Source: the human T2T-CHM13v2.0 reference genome, Homo sapiens
NCBI RefSeq assembly: GCF_009914755.1
Contig: NC_060939.1
Direction: 5' to 3' (one strand)
Length of the DNA: 64,000 nucleotides
Shown: positions 42,185 through 55,349 of the stretch, piece by piece
Layout: each line of letters begins with the position of its first letter
Numbering within the stretch: the first letter of the stretch is position 1
The notes under the pieces: model-generated
Seen by the model: the letters and a program-made list of their open reading frames with translations, nothing else
What the model was told of the DNA's origin: nothing
The model's database searches: none
Position numbers and translations under genes: made by a program

Positions 42185-43504
42185 CTGAAGTCAGAAAAGA
42201 ATCCACAGGCATTCCAATTAAACATGGCAATGGGGTCGTCCTGCACAGTCTGGGGCTGGACATTCAGGACATGGAGGTGTCCTGTCTGGCTTGTGCCTGC
42301 ACTTCCTGCTGAGATTCAGAATAGGCCAGGTTCAAACGCTCCAGCCAGCCATGGGGAAATCAGGTTTTGTGCATAAGAGCACGTATTTACTGAAAGGAAC
42401 TAAAGGACAGCCCAGCCTGGGGAGACCAGAGAAAGGGCAGGGAAGGAAGCACTGCTTTCAAAGCTGGCACCCCGTGCTCAAATGTGCAGAATTCCCCCAG
42501 GTCCACACCCATGGGCGTTACAGTACCTGGACATTTCTGCTTCCTCTAACAGGTTTAAAAGAAAAGTCAAGGATCAGCGGAAAAGGCCAAGTGCAACGCT
42601 CTCTGTTCAGTGCCTGTTGGGTCTTAGGTTAGCCCATCTTTCCATGGTGAACCAAAGAAAATGAAAGCCCTCATCTGCCAGATGGCTAGAGCTAATGTCA
42701 GACAGGAAGCAGCTTTCTAAAACAATCCAGCACTTACTGGGATATTTTCTGCTTTCATTGTTGAATCTTCTATTTCAGAGCAATATATTTTCCAAAATAA
42801 GCAGTATTTGTCCATGATGTACAAGCGTAAGTTTAAAGTAATTTTGGACTCTTTAGGGATTTGAAAGTAAAGACCCTTTGGCACCAGAGAATGGACATTT
42901 TCACAATACCCTGTTTGGTCAAGAGTCTGGTTTAGCCACAAGAAAACCAGGAAAACCTAAAATTTTATAAAATATTGAATGACAGCAAGCTACTAAGAAA
43001 TATTCTTAATATTCCCTCAAGATTCTATTCTACAGTCACTCTGGATTGTACAAAAACCTAATACCTAATTCCACTCCATCCCAGCAATCTGGGCTTTTGC
43101 AGTGGAGGAGGAAAGAAAGACAAATTTGTCTTGCTTTTTGTTCTGCTTGACAGACACTGGTCCATGGCAAAATTTGAAATTCAGATTTTTCAATATTTCC
43201 TTAACGATGCAAGGTTACGGCCAATTCCCATGTGTTCTGTTCCATTTTGGTTTCGTTAGAGCTTGTCTAGTTAAGAGAAGAGAACCATAAAAAATCTAAT
43301 TACAAAGGCCTCTCCACGCAACACCCCCCTCCCATGATAGCCCGGAGATTCTGAGCCTAGACCAAGGCCCTGCTGCCACGAGAAGCCCACAGCCAAGTCG
43401 TCTGGGAAGCTGCCTGGCAGGTTCAGACCACGGCTTCACTAAGCAAGGACAACCTGATCACTAGGAAAGTGAGAGGTTCATGGGGTGATATAGTATCACC
43501 ATAC

Positions 43505-43596
43505 CTTGCTGCCGTCTCCAGGGGCAGGCTGTCTGGGTCTGTCATTCTGAGAAGTCCTCGCATGACGGCTCACGTCCTCGGAATTTCCTGGGTGTG
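43505..43596 (-). CDS. FAM169B: FAM169B penultimate coding exon (92 nt, phase 1/0): (A)HPGNSEDVSRHARTSQNDRPRQPAPGDGSK
   Basis: ggcag|CA CAC CCA acceptor; AGC AAG|gtatgg donor; joins both neighbouring exons in frame; matches the recalled FAM169B C-terminal peptide. Confidence 0.88.
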
Positions 43597-43734
43597 CTGC
43601 CCTCCCCAAGCAACAGAAAGAGGATAAGCAAATGAGGGTGGCTCCCAAGGGGCTGGACAATCAAAAGAGGAAATAGTACACTGGGGACCTTGCAAACATG
43701 TTGATAGCCATGACCCAATTCTATCTCTCTCTCT

Positions 43735-44034
<300 letters not shown>

Positions 44035-47000
44035 TGACCTTCACTTTGCCATTTGCTGCAATGCTCTCCAGAAGACAGGAGTACCTGCCAGGTGTCAGGA
44101 GATGCAAAGTGAGGTTCCACTCAAGCATTTCTGAGCTGGAATTGTGATCTGTTCTTCCATCGATTCTGGCATTCAATGGACTCACATTTCCAGTTCTAGT
44201 CCTGGATCCTTCTTTTTGCTCACCGGTGGTTTTGCTCACAAGAGAGGTCATAATCACCCACGTTCAGTGAGTCTCCCTCCTCTCCTACCAAATCAGTACC
44301 GACTTGGAAAGGGATGACTTTCTTGTCCTCCTTTGCACCTCCACACCCCACGCCCCCAAATCCATATGTGTGTGTGTGGTGTTCCGATCCCTAAAAAAAA
44401 TACACAGTTTTGCATTTCAGCTGAAAATACCTATGTAACACATTTTGTTTACTAAAGAACAAATGAATTATTTAGTTGTTATCTATATAAGTAAATTTTT
44501 AAATTTATTTACAGAACTGTATAAATTAGCAAAATTTGGTTTGGCAAAATTTAATTGTGGGCACTTAAAAATACCAGCACACTTGAGTTCTCTCGGCCAT
44601 AGAGTTTTTATATCACACAGTAGTAGGTGCCCATGTAGTTAGCTGGTAAATAAGTTCAGAAGCCAGGTCAGCCCTGTTCATGACTGCATCCCTAACGTCT
44701 AGGACAGTGCCTGGCACGTCTGTAGATGCCCCATTGACAGCGAATGAACGAATAAAGGAATACATGAATGAATGAATGAGAAAATGAAGTAGATAACCCA
44801 TTATCAGTTTTCCACCTTTCCTAATGTTTTTATGTGTTGTGAGCTATCAAATGTTTACTTGTATTTCATTCCTAATTGAGGTTCATTAAATCTTTAAAAA
44901 TGAATGCACTAATTACTCATTTGGAAGCACACCTGGAGGTATCAGAGCACTAATCACAGAGGTAAGTTATCATCCAAGGCTGCAGTAGACGACAATGGCC
45001 ACTAAGGGGAGCCACACAACCTGTCAAAGAGCAGCATTCGACAGAAAAAAACACACCCAGTATGGTGGTTTTGCCCCCAGCACTTCCCAGCACACTGCAC
45101 CACCACAAAATTGCTGTTGCTATTGTACTCTATAACGTATGAGTCACCAGAACAAACTGAGAAAAAAGGTCAGAACTGCAGTTTGCTGGGCATCAAACTT
45201 TCAAAAAAGTAGCCCCCGCTTCCCTTCTCATATTTTTCACATCTCTTGATGCAAAGATCCTTCTGGTTTAAAAATTAAATGCAAATAAAAGTATTTGTGG
45301 ATGACAACTGAATCCATTAAAAATTCAGCTGGAGAAAGAAAGCAAAAGTATGACTTACAGATTGAAAAAAAATTAATTTTTAAAGCAGTGGTCAATTATT
45401 TCCTGATCCCGGCAACAATTTTGTAAAAGAACATTTCACTGTTGACATATTCAGTTTCACTCTCTCTGGTAAAGAAACTTAAGGCATGTTCAGGCTGACC
45501 GGGAAATCACATCAGATGCAATTATGATCCTATTGGTCAAGTTTCAAAGGCTTTGTCTGTAACTGAGTGTAGGAAGAAAGAAATTTCCCACAAACTCCTT
45601 CCCTCAAAAGGTCTGCATAACCTGTAAATATTTTCAGGGCCATTATAAGCTGCAGATGTTATCAACAGCCAAGATCGCACAAACTTTTAAAGACCTGGCC
45701 CACCAATCAGGCTGCTTCAGAAATAGTCTTTAAAACATTTGCAAGGAGCACAAGTTAATTTCCCTTTGAAATGTTGTGAAATGTTCATGCCTTATTTAGA
45801 GCAAGAAGCAATTGATTCCACTGGGCTTCTTGCTTACAGTTCTATTTCTATGGCACATAAAATTATAGGATACCTCCAAAATAACCGTCAGGAAAAAGAA
45901 GGGAGAACAGATAAAACTTGAAAAAAACAGAACAAGTCAAAAAAGCAACTCTAAGAATCACTGACTAATTTAAGACTAACATCCAATTAATGGCCTACTG
46001 AGATTCCCAGGGAAGAGAAGGTTCCGGAATCTGCATTGTTCGGTGACCCATAAGAAGTTCTAATCCACTAACACTTGCTGATTTCCATGAAGAGAGAAAC
46101 AGACGAGAAACTGCAGAGCACCGAGCTAATCTGTGATCACATTTGCAGCCCCAACTCACCAACTTGAAAAAAACCTGAGATGTCAGCACTAACTGTCATA
46201 ATGGTTGCAAGCTGAAGCCGGTTGGCTGAAAACCTTCCTGAGTGAATTAAAATCCTGACTGCGGGCCCTCGAGGGGAAAGAAGATGTGGGTGAAACTGGG
46301 AACTAGCCATGATTTATACAGGCAGTGAAAAGACCATAACTTAGAATTTTTTTTTAAATAAAGAGTTTTAGTAATCTAATTATATCCTAATTATAATGAT
46401 AACCCTTCTTCCTTCAAGGGACTCAAGCATGCTTCTGGAACATTCTCTGTGCAAGTCCCCTCATTTGCTGTTTTAAAATGAGAGTTGGTGAATCTCAGAG
46501 TGAATTAAAGTGACATGTTTGGCATCTGACTTCCAGCTCAGTTTCCTCTGCCCAGACCACACCGACTCCCAGCTCTTGAAACAGCCCCAGTGGGATTCTC
46601 CAGGAGGAGCCATCTCCCCAATTAGGAGAAAACATCCTTGTCCCTGCTCACCCCTCTGGCCCGTGCAATTTCCACATTTCAATATGCAATGCATTTTCTT
46701 TTTCCATTCCCAGCCAAGGAACTGAAACATCCAAGCACAGAGGCTGTGCGAGGCCCCACAGCCTCATTTGTGAAGCGTGTCCATAAACTCCAACAGCTAG
46801 ACAGCTCAGTGCCCAGGGACCCGACCGGCTTCCCTTCATTCCTAACTCAGTGCCACAGGGCAAGTCACTTAACCGCCTCATTAGGATCACAGCACAGCCC
46901 CGCCCTGCCATGCCTCCTTCCCCGGTGCCTGCTCACCCCATTAATATCTGTAAAGATCCATTAAGCCTTCCAGCATAAAAGCAAAACTGATCACTATTAT

Positions 47001-47391
47001 CATCAATAAACTCCAAGGCACGCTCACCTGTCGACACCTAAGGTGGATCAGTCACCACGTGGAGAGAAAGCCTGGCACCTCGGCTGCCTGTCAATCCCCT
47101 AATGAGCCACATGCAGCCGCAGAAATGGCATTCGACGCTGACGGGAGCACCCACTCCAGGAGTGAAGGAGAGCCAGGGCTTGCATTTTGGACAGTTAATT
47201 TAAATTAACTGTCCCCCTCACCTCCCACCCATGGCAGCACCTGAAGCCTGGAGGTGTCCGCTGCCCCAGCCCTGGCCTGGCCTCGCCTCTTAGTGCTGAG
47301 CTGAGAAGCGCTGAGCTGAGAAGCGCCTGCCATGGGCAGCCGTTCCCCATTTGTGAGAAGTAGAAAGTTCACTGTCAAAAAAGCAACTTGG

Positions 47392-47687
47392 GGTCGGGCG
47401 CGGTGGCTCACACCTGTAATCCCAGCATTTTGGGAGGCCAAGGAGTGCGAATCACCTGAGGTCAGGAGTTCAAGCCTGGCCAATATGGTGAAACCCCATC
47501 TCTACTAAAAATACAAAAATTAGCTGAGCATGGTGTCACATGCCTGTAGTCCCAGCTACTCGAGTGGCTGAGGCAGGAGAATCCCTTGAACCCAGGAGTC
47601 AGAGGTTGCAGTCAGCCAAGGTTGCGCCACTCCACTCCAACCTGGGTGACAGAGCGAGATTCTGTCTCAAAAAAAAAAAAAAGAAAA
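47392..47687 (+). mobile_element. AluS, TSD aaaagcaacttgg
   Basis: Full Alu. Confidence 0.95.
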
Positions 47688-48429
47688 GCAACTTGGAAAC
47701 CCAGACACTGCAAGCCTGCTTTCCCATCTGGCTGATCAAAGGATTTCCCACCTGCTGCCTCCCCTGGAAACCCACCACCAGAGGCTCTGTTCTCCTGCTT
47801 CCTCCACTAAACCCCACTGGCAAACTGCCACTGGGGCACTGTCTCGAGCAACCAGAAACTGAAGACGGAATGCGCATCTGTCAACAGGGAAATAAATGAC
47901 ATCACGTCCACGCGACATCATACTATGCTGCTGTGAAAAAGACCAGGCAGCGGTTTTGTAGAACGTTGTCTCTGTGATGCTGCCATGACGTGTGCAGTCC
48001 CCTCAGAGGTGAGGAGGATAGAAGACTTGCTTGTCATAGTCAACTCTTTTGAGTTTTCAACCAAGTGCACACTTTACCTTTCATCACCTGTTCAGAATCG
48101 TGTTTTCAACTCATCTTCAGCTAGGCAGAGGAAACCGATCTTCTTATATGTTTCAATAATCTATCTAATTGTAAAAGGGAAGTCCCTTAGTCCCAGGGAG
48201 CTCCTAACTGCTAAACTGGGGGTGATCTTTTTGAGCAAGAAGGATGGGAAGGTGTGCTTCACTCAGGAGGGGAACGTTGGAGGATAAGATGTCCTCACCC
48301 AGGTCCCACCCCTCCTTTGTTCTTGCCACAACAGAAATAACATCTATATGGGTCTCATTAGATCACTGTAAATCCACGCTAGTATTGAAACCAGAAATAA
48401 ATAGACACAGTGCAGTGTTTCAGTCCTAC

Positions 48430-48563
48430 TCAGTCTGGAAGCCTTGCCTGGTGAAGCTGAACCTTTAGCCAGATATTGGTGCACTGGCCCCAGGCCCCCC
48501 GGCGCTCCACCTCCCACAGGCGTCCTCGCTCCTCCAGACAGACCAGCAGGAACTGCCTGCAGA
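48430..48563 (-). pseudogene. FAM169B: Vestigial or skipped FAM169B exon: (V)CRQFLLVCLEERGRLWEVERRGAWGQCTNIWLKVQLHQARLPD*
   Basis: Acceptor gcgttctcttctcccag|TC at 48564/48563 is in phase 1 with the upstream exon; the LWEVE..G.W.Q motif resembles FAM169A as I recall it; frame ends CCA GAC TGA gtagg with no good donor before the stop. Confidence 0.8.
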
Positions 48564-48799
48564 CTGGGAGAAGAGAACGCAGCATGAGTCAGGAAGTCCC
48601 CCACCTCATCCTGGTTCACTCTGCACCAGCTCTCTGGGTCTCCGACACAGCCCACTCCAGTCCTCGAGCAGCCCTCCACCCCCTGATCTCTGCTGGAATC
48701 CCTGCTGCACTCAAACCACCTTTGCGACTGCCTACCATGGACAGGTCCACCTCCCGGCTTCTCCTGATGAGGAGCTCTCATCTCCACCCTTCCCATCTG

Positions 48800-49680
48800 C
48801 ATTCATTTACTAGGGCTCCTCTAACAAAACACTGCAGACTGGGTGGCTTAAACCAGGAGTCTCCATCCCCTGGGCCACCGACCAGTGCCAGGACACACAG
48901 CAGGAGGTGAGTGGTGGAGGAGTGCGCGAAGCTTCATCTGTATTTACAGTGGCTCCCATTGCTTGTGTTACTGCCTGAGCTCCGCCTCCTGTCAGATCAG
49001 CGGCAGCATTAGATTCTCATAAGAGCGCGGATCCTATCGTGAACTTTGCATGTGAGGTTGCGCACTCCTTATGAGAATCTAATGCCTGATGATCTGTCAC
49101 TGTCTCCCATCACCCCCAGATGGGACCATCTATTTGCAAGAAAATAAGCTCAGGGCTCCCACTGATTCTACATTATGGTAAGCTGCATAATTATTTCATT
49201 ATATATTAAAATGTAATCACAATAGAAATAAAGTGCACAATAAATAAATGTAATGTGCTTGAATCATCCTGAAACCAACCCTTTGTCCCTGCCCCATCCG
49301 TGGAAAAACTGTCTTCCACGAAACCAGTCCCTGGTGCCAAAAAGGTTGGGGACCACTGGTTTAAACAACAGAAATTTATTTCACACAGTTATGGAGGCTG
49401 GACGTCCAAGATCAAGGTGGCCCAGGGTTGGTTTCTCCTGAGGCTTCTCTCCTTGGCTTACGAATGGCCATTTTCTCCCTGCATCCTCACACGGCTGTTT
49501 CTGTTTGGGTCCATCCTGGTGCCTCTCTTCTTAAGGACACCAGTCATACTGGACTAGGGGCCCGCCCTTAGGACCTCGTTCAACCTTAATTAGCTTTTTA
49601 AAGGCGCTATCTCCAAATGTGGTCACACCAAGGGCTTCAACATATGAATTTGAGTTGGGGGCCCAATTCAGTCCTTAGTA
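48800..49680 (-). mobile_element. MLT1A/B LTR interrupted by MER1A
   Basis: agactgggtggcttaaac | aacagaaatttatt..cttcaacatatgaattt. Confidence 0.82.
48854..49358 (+). mobile_element. MER1A (hAT-Charlie), 8-bp TSD gcttaaac/gtttaaac
   Basis: TIRs caggagtctcc..ggggaccactg; internal agattctcataagagcgc. Confidence 0.9.
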
Positions 49681-49969
49681 CCATCCACCCTGGCCGCTCT
49701 TCATGCACCGTCCTTCCTCCCTCCCAAAGAACCTTCAAGCTTATCCTCTGCTCCCTCCCGGATTCCAGAGTCCACTCAAGGTTCCTAGACTTTTATGCCA
49801 ACATTCGTGGGTGAACATTTTCACATGGCAATGTCCCGAATCCAGGTGAATGGGAAACTGCTCCTGGTTCTGCAGGTGCCCATGAGGACTCCATTAGGCC
49901 CTCTTCTTAACATTTGGGGGGCCCCGGGGAAGAACACAGATGGAAACCTACAGAGTGCAATGCTAAGTG

Positions 49970-52339
49970 CAGGCAGGCCTCGGAGATACTGTGCGTTTGG
50001 TTCCAGACCACCACAATAAAGCAAATATCACAGCAAAGCAAGTCACGCAAATTTTTTGGTTTCCTAGTGCATACATGTAAAAGTTATGTTTATACTATAC
50101 TGTAGTCTAGTAAGCGTGCAATAGCATTTTGTCTTAAAAATACAATGTACATACCTTAATTAAAATATATTTTAATGCTAAACAATGCTAGTGATCATCT
50201 GAGCCTTCAGGAAGTCATAATCTGTGCTGGTGGAGGGTCTTGCGTCAAGGTTGATGGCTTCTCAGGGTGGGGTTGCTGTGGCAATTTCTTAAAATAACAC
50301 AGCAATGAAGTTTCTTCCACTAATTGATTCTTCCTTTCACAATAGATTTCTCTGCAGCATGTGATGCTGTTTGACAGCATTTTACCCACAGTAGAACTTC
50401 TTTCAAAATTGGAGTCCATCCTCTCAAACCCTGCTGCTGCTACTTTCTCAGCTAATTTATGGAATATTCTAAATCCTTTGTTGTCATTTCAGCAATGTCC
50501 ACTGCATCTTCAACAGGAGGAGATTCCAACTCAAGAACCCATTTTCTTTGCTCATCCATAAGAAGCAACTCCTCAACTGTTCAAGATTAATCATGAGGTT
50601 GCAGCAATTCAGTCCTATCTTCAGGCTCCACTTCTAATTCTAGTTCTCTCTTTATTTCCACCACATCTGCGTGACTTCCTTTGCTGAAGTCTTGGACTCC
50701 TCCCTCAAAGTTATCCATGAGGGTTGGAATCGACTTCTTCCAAACTCCTATGAATGTGGATATTTTGACCTTCCATGAATCATGAGTGTTCTTAATCGTG
50801 TCTAGAATGGTGAATCCTTTCCAGAAGGTTTTCAGTGTACTTTGCCCAGAACCATCAGAGGAATCACTATCTATGGAAACCTTAGGAAGTGTATTTCTTA
50901 AATAAGGTTTGAAAGCTGAAATTATTCCTTGATCTCCAGGCTTCAGAATGGATATTATGTTAGCAGGCATGGAAATAACATTAATCTCTTTGTGCATCTC
51001 CATCAGACCTCTTGGATAACCAGGTGCATTGTCAATGAACAATAATATTTTGAGAGGAATCTTTTATTCTGAGCAGTAGGTCTCAACTGTGGGCTTAAAT
51101 TATTCAATAAAACACGCTATAAACAGACATGCTGTCATCCAGGCACCGTTGTTCCATTTCTAAAGCACAGACAGAATAGATTTGGCATAATTCTTGAGGG
51201 CCTTAGGATTTTCAGAGCAGTAAATGAGGACTAACTTCAACTGAAAGACACCAGCTACATCAACCCCTAATAAGAGACTCGACCTGTCCTTTGAAGCTTT
51301 GAGGCCAGGCATTGACTTCTCTTTTCTAGCTATGAAAGTCCTAGATGACATGTTCTTCTAGTAGAAGGCTGTTTCACCTACATTGAAAATCTGTTGTGTA
51401 GTGTAGCCACCTTTATCAATGATCTGAGCTAGATCTTCCAGATAACTTGCTGTAGCTTCTGTATCAGCACCTGCTGCTTCATCCTGCACTTTTATGTTAT
51501 GGAGACAGCGTCTTTCCTTAAACTTCATGAGCCAACCTCTGCTAGCTTCAAACTTTTCTTCTGCAGCTTCCTCAAATCCCTCAGCCTTCATAGAATTGAA
51601 GAGAGTTAGGGCCTTACTCTGGGTTAGGCTTTGACTTAAGGCAATGTTGTTGCTGGTTTGATCTTCTATCTAGACCACTAAAACTTTCTCCCTATCAGCA
51701 ATAAGGCTGTTTTACTTTCTTATCATTTGTATGTTCACCAGAGTCGAACTTTTCATTCCCTTCAAGAATTCTTCCTTTGCATTCACAACTTGGTTAACTG
51801 TTTGGTGCAAGAGACCTAGCATTCAGCCTACCTCAGCTTTTGACATGCCTTCCTCACTAAGCTTAGTCATTTCTAGCTTTTGATTTAAAGTGAAAGACAT
51901 GTGACTCTTCCATTCACTTGAACATTCAGAGGCCATTGTAGGGTTATTAATTGGCCTAATTTCAATATTGTTGTGTCTCATGGAATAGGAAGAGAAGGAA
52001 GGAACAGCTGGTCGGGAGCAGAATCAGAACAGGCTCGTGTATTGATTAAGTTCACTAACTTACACGGGCATGGTTTGTGGTGCCCCAAAACAATTACAAT
52101 AGTAACGTCAAATATCACTGATCACAGATCACCATGACAGATATAATAATAATGAAGAAGTTTGAAATATTGTGAAAATTACCAAAACATGACACAGAGA
52201 CACGAAGTGAGACCATGCTGTTGGAAAAATATCCCCGATAGACTTGCTCAAAGCAGGGCTGCCACAGCCTTCAAAATGTAAAACACGCAGCATCTGCGAA
52301 GTGCAATCAAGGGAAGAGCAGTGAAATGAGGAACGCCTG
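49970..52339 (-). mobile_element. Near full-length Tigger1 (TcMar/pogo) with a disrupted transposase
   Basis: Both TIR-like ends (caggcaggcctcggagatactg..; ..gaggaacgcctg); ORF fragments [47 protein letters not shown]. Confidence 0.95.
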
Positions 52340-53159
52340 TCTTCCAAAGGTACAAACCAAGTTAGCAAAGCGCTATATATGACACGTTCTGCCCTCCTAT
52401 CTTGACAAATATAACTTCCTAACAACAGGAGAAGCTCGTTTCAAATTTAGAATTCTTGGACTCCTTGGAGTGTTGCACCAGAATGTGGCAATACCAAGCG
52501 AGCTGGCCCCCAGCCGGCAGTCCACCCCCTTCTCCTCCCACCCCAGCCCCCGATACCTCAAGGGGCCTGTGAGTACAAATGTGGCCGTCCTCCCCACACG
52601 CCATCCACAGCTCCCCAAGAGCCACCCCTGGGCTCTAAGGATGTGCAAACTAGCGGCATGGTCCACCCTCATGAGCCCAGACCATGGGATGAGGTCCACT
52701 CAGGCCCACAGTGGCCACTGGCAGGAATTCTGGGGTCCTGGCACCCTGAGCCAGATTAGAAGGAGCAGCATGAGCCAGGTGGGTACCTCCTCTTGGGCCC
52801 GTGGAGTCCTTGCCCCCCTGGAGGGAGATGCAGTTGAAAGAAGGCTCAAAGCATGGGGCCCAGGGCAGGAGTCCCTCCTGTCCAGTTGGAAGGCATCAGT
52901 GAACTCAATAAAAACCTGACAGGCACATCTGGGTGTCTGAAGCCCAGAGAGAAGTAGCGTGAGTCAGAATCAGCACGTTCAGATCTTTCTTTGCAGGCAA
53001 AGACAGTGGAAGGACGAGAGGGATCATAGGGCCCTACAGGGTCTTAGCAAGGCTGGCCCAGGCTCAGTAGCCAGCCCTTAGCCTTGGAGTCCACTGTTCC
53101 TTTGAGTAAAAGGCTCTCTTTCACTCCCTTGCCAAAGCCTCCTAAAACCGTGAGGTGGC

Positions 53160-53336
53160 CTGCACCTGAAACAAAGAGGAGAGGGCCTGGAAGGACATGG
53201 GTGTGGACAGAGGACCAGCTGCCTGGGCCCCTGAATGCTCCTGCACCTGAAACAAGAAAGAGGAGGGGGCCTGGAAGGACATGGGTGTGGACAGAGGACC
53301 AGCTGCCTGGGCCCCCGAATGCTCCTACACCTGAAA
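53160..53336 (+). repeat. Tandem repeat of 81 and 84 bp units (about 2.1 copies)
   Basis: ctgcacctgaaaca..ggaaggacatgggtgtggacagaggaccagctgcctgggccc..gaatgctc repeated. Confidence 0.93.
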
Positions 53337-54263
53337 GTGAGCTACATGGTGCAGGAAGTCTCGAGCGCTCTTTGCAGAAATTCAAGGCTCTTCAGAGTTT
53401 TAGCAACAGACTAAGAGTTTGAAAATACAAAGAAACAGCCAGACCCACTTGAGGAAAAGTATGTTTTTACCTGCTTTTCTTTATGACTTCACAGCAACAG
53501 AAGCTTCCTTGCTTTTCCTAACTGTTCTCTCCTATCCCTTGAGCCAGAAAGACACCAGAAACTGCATACTAAGCGTTCAAAAACAGCCACACACCAAGAA
53601 CAGGGGCAGAGCACAAAGTAGGGTGTGTGTGCTTCATGAGGGAGAAGGGGACTCAGAGACATGCTCTCCAGAGCCTCCCACCCTCATCACCTTAGAGTGT
53701 GATGTTTCACATCAGAGCTGTTTCATCCTCCTCTGGCAAACGTGGATAAAGAATATGGGAGGGAGGCGTCTTGTGCGTAGAGAGCTACAGAGACGCTGGA
53801 AAGCCCAGCCCATTCAGAGCTTGCCTTTCTACCCGGTCCCTGCCTTCCCTTCAGCTCCTGGGCTCTCCCGTGGCTTCTAGTTCAAAGGACAAAGTGAGGA
53901 ACTACAGGCGTCAAGTGAAAGAGCACAGGCACTCCAAAGCCCCGCAGCCCGCAGCCTGGCGGCAGCTCTCCAGATTCCCTCCTCTCTGAGCTCGCTGATT
54001 TGTTTGTGATTGTTTCTAAATCCAATTATTTTCCAGCTTGGGAGAGTTCACTTCTTGTGATCAAACATGAAGTCTTGGTTTCTGCTGCAGCAACCAGAGA
54101 TTTCTCAGAAGGAAGGAAAATCCCATGTGCGTGCCGCCGAGCCAAGGCCTGCACCTGCCCACGAGGGCTCCCCAGGGCCTCCTCCTGCAGAATCCCCTGG
54201 AATGCACGTGTGTTATCCATCACCTTTACCCAAATGCTTCTGCACGACACAAGGGGGGTTTAC

Positions 54264-54446
54264 CTTGGTACATGGCAGGAGACATCGGGCAGCTAACCCC
54301 CAGGGCCTCGTCCTCTGGGAATGTCTCACAGAAGTCCCGCAGCATGGCTGTTCCCAAGCCTCGGTGCCAGTGTTTCCTCCTGATGAACACGGTGTCAAAG
54401 ACAGGCAGCAGGTAGCATGCACCGGTGCCATCACCACACAGTCTGC
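54264..54446 (-). CDS. FAM169B: FAM169B internal coding exon (183 nt, phase 1/1): (G)RLCGDGTGACYLLPVFDTVFIRRKHWHRGLGTAMLRDFCETFPEDEALGVSCPMSPAMYQ
   Basis: Pyrimidine-rich acceptor ttctttctctgcag|GC at 54447/54446; donor CAAG|gtaaac at 54264/54263; open frame; peptide recognised as FAM169B. Upstream exons lie beyond 64000. Confidence 0.93.
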
Positions 54447-55349
54447 CTGCAGAGAAAGAAAGAGACACACACTGTCCCCTGGGCTCGCGGCTGACCCACT
54501 AGGACCCTGTAAGGCCCCTGCACAGCCAGAGTTATGGGTACCTCCTGGAAACATGGTCAGGTACACAAGCTAAACAAGTGATGCTAACATAGCAGATCAT
54601 TCTCCAGTTGACTGATCAGCTTTCTTTACAAACTCACATGATACAAGACCACTGGACTGAAATGAAAGGTGAACCTGGGAGACTAGGCAGAGTGAGGCCA
54701 CTCAGGCAGCATCCTCCTCAGATTCCTCCCTTCACTGCACACTGTTCAATGAGACCCTTGGAGCCAACCAGGAGTATCTGGCAACATCAACTATCTCCCT
54801 GCAGAAGTGAAACCTGAAGAGACCAATTCGACCCATCTCTAGGGTACGCACTTGTTTCAGTAACTCTAGCAAGGGCTCACCGTGTCCAATTATAGCAAAA
54901 TGCACTTACCCCATATAGACACACCACCAGGCCCTGCTTCTCATGAAATATTGATGGCCCTGCTGCAGCAGAGCCAGAGAGGTGACAATTGGCACCCTCC
55001 CCACTTTTCACCCACAACTTAACTGTATCGCAACCAAAGTCAACACCAGCACAGTTGCCATTTCTGCAATGAGAACGTGGCCTTTCAGCCAGGCACCTCT
55101 GTCATCACCCTAACTAGAACACCAGTTCTACACTGGGCCTACTAGCTCACCTTCCTCACCTCCAAACTGCACAGATGCCCATGACCTAGATGCAATGGAA
55201 GAAGAAAACAAATATGGAGCATTTTCAGCTTCTGTTGGAAGTGGTGGTATTTGTCCCTGCCAAGATTCAGAAGTGGGTAATTTCCCAAACAAACAAAAAT
55301 GACTCCGATTCTAATCAGCCAGACTGAAATGCAAAGATACACACTGCCA

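Noticed and set aside
41947-42246. 99-aa minus-strand ORF over the last FAM169B exon
   Set aside because: Wrong frame; splice phase gives ERMCGEELED...SP*.
47295-47324. 15-bp perfect tandem duplication gctgagctgagaagc
   Set aside because: Ordinary slippage duplication with no functional clue.
48344-48910. 152-aa (-) and 144-aa (+) ORFs overlapping the vestigial exon
   Set aside because: Other frames or antisense; only the 48563-48430 frame resembles FAM169.
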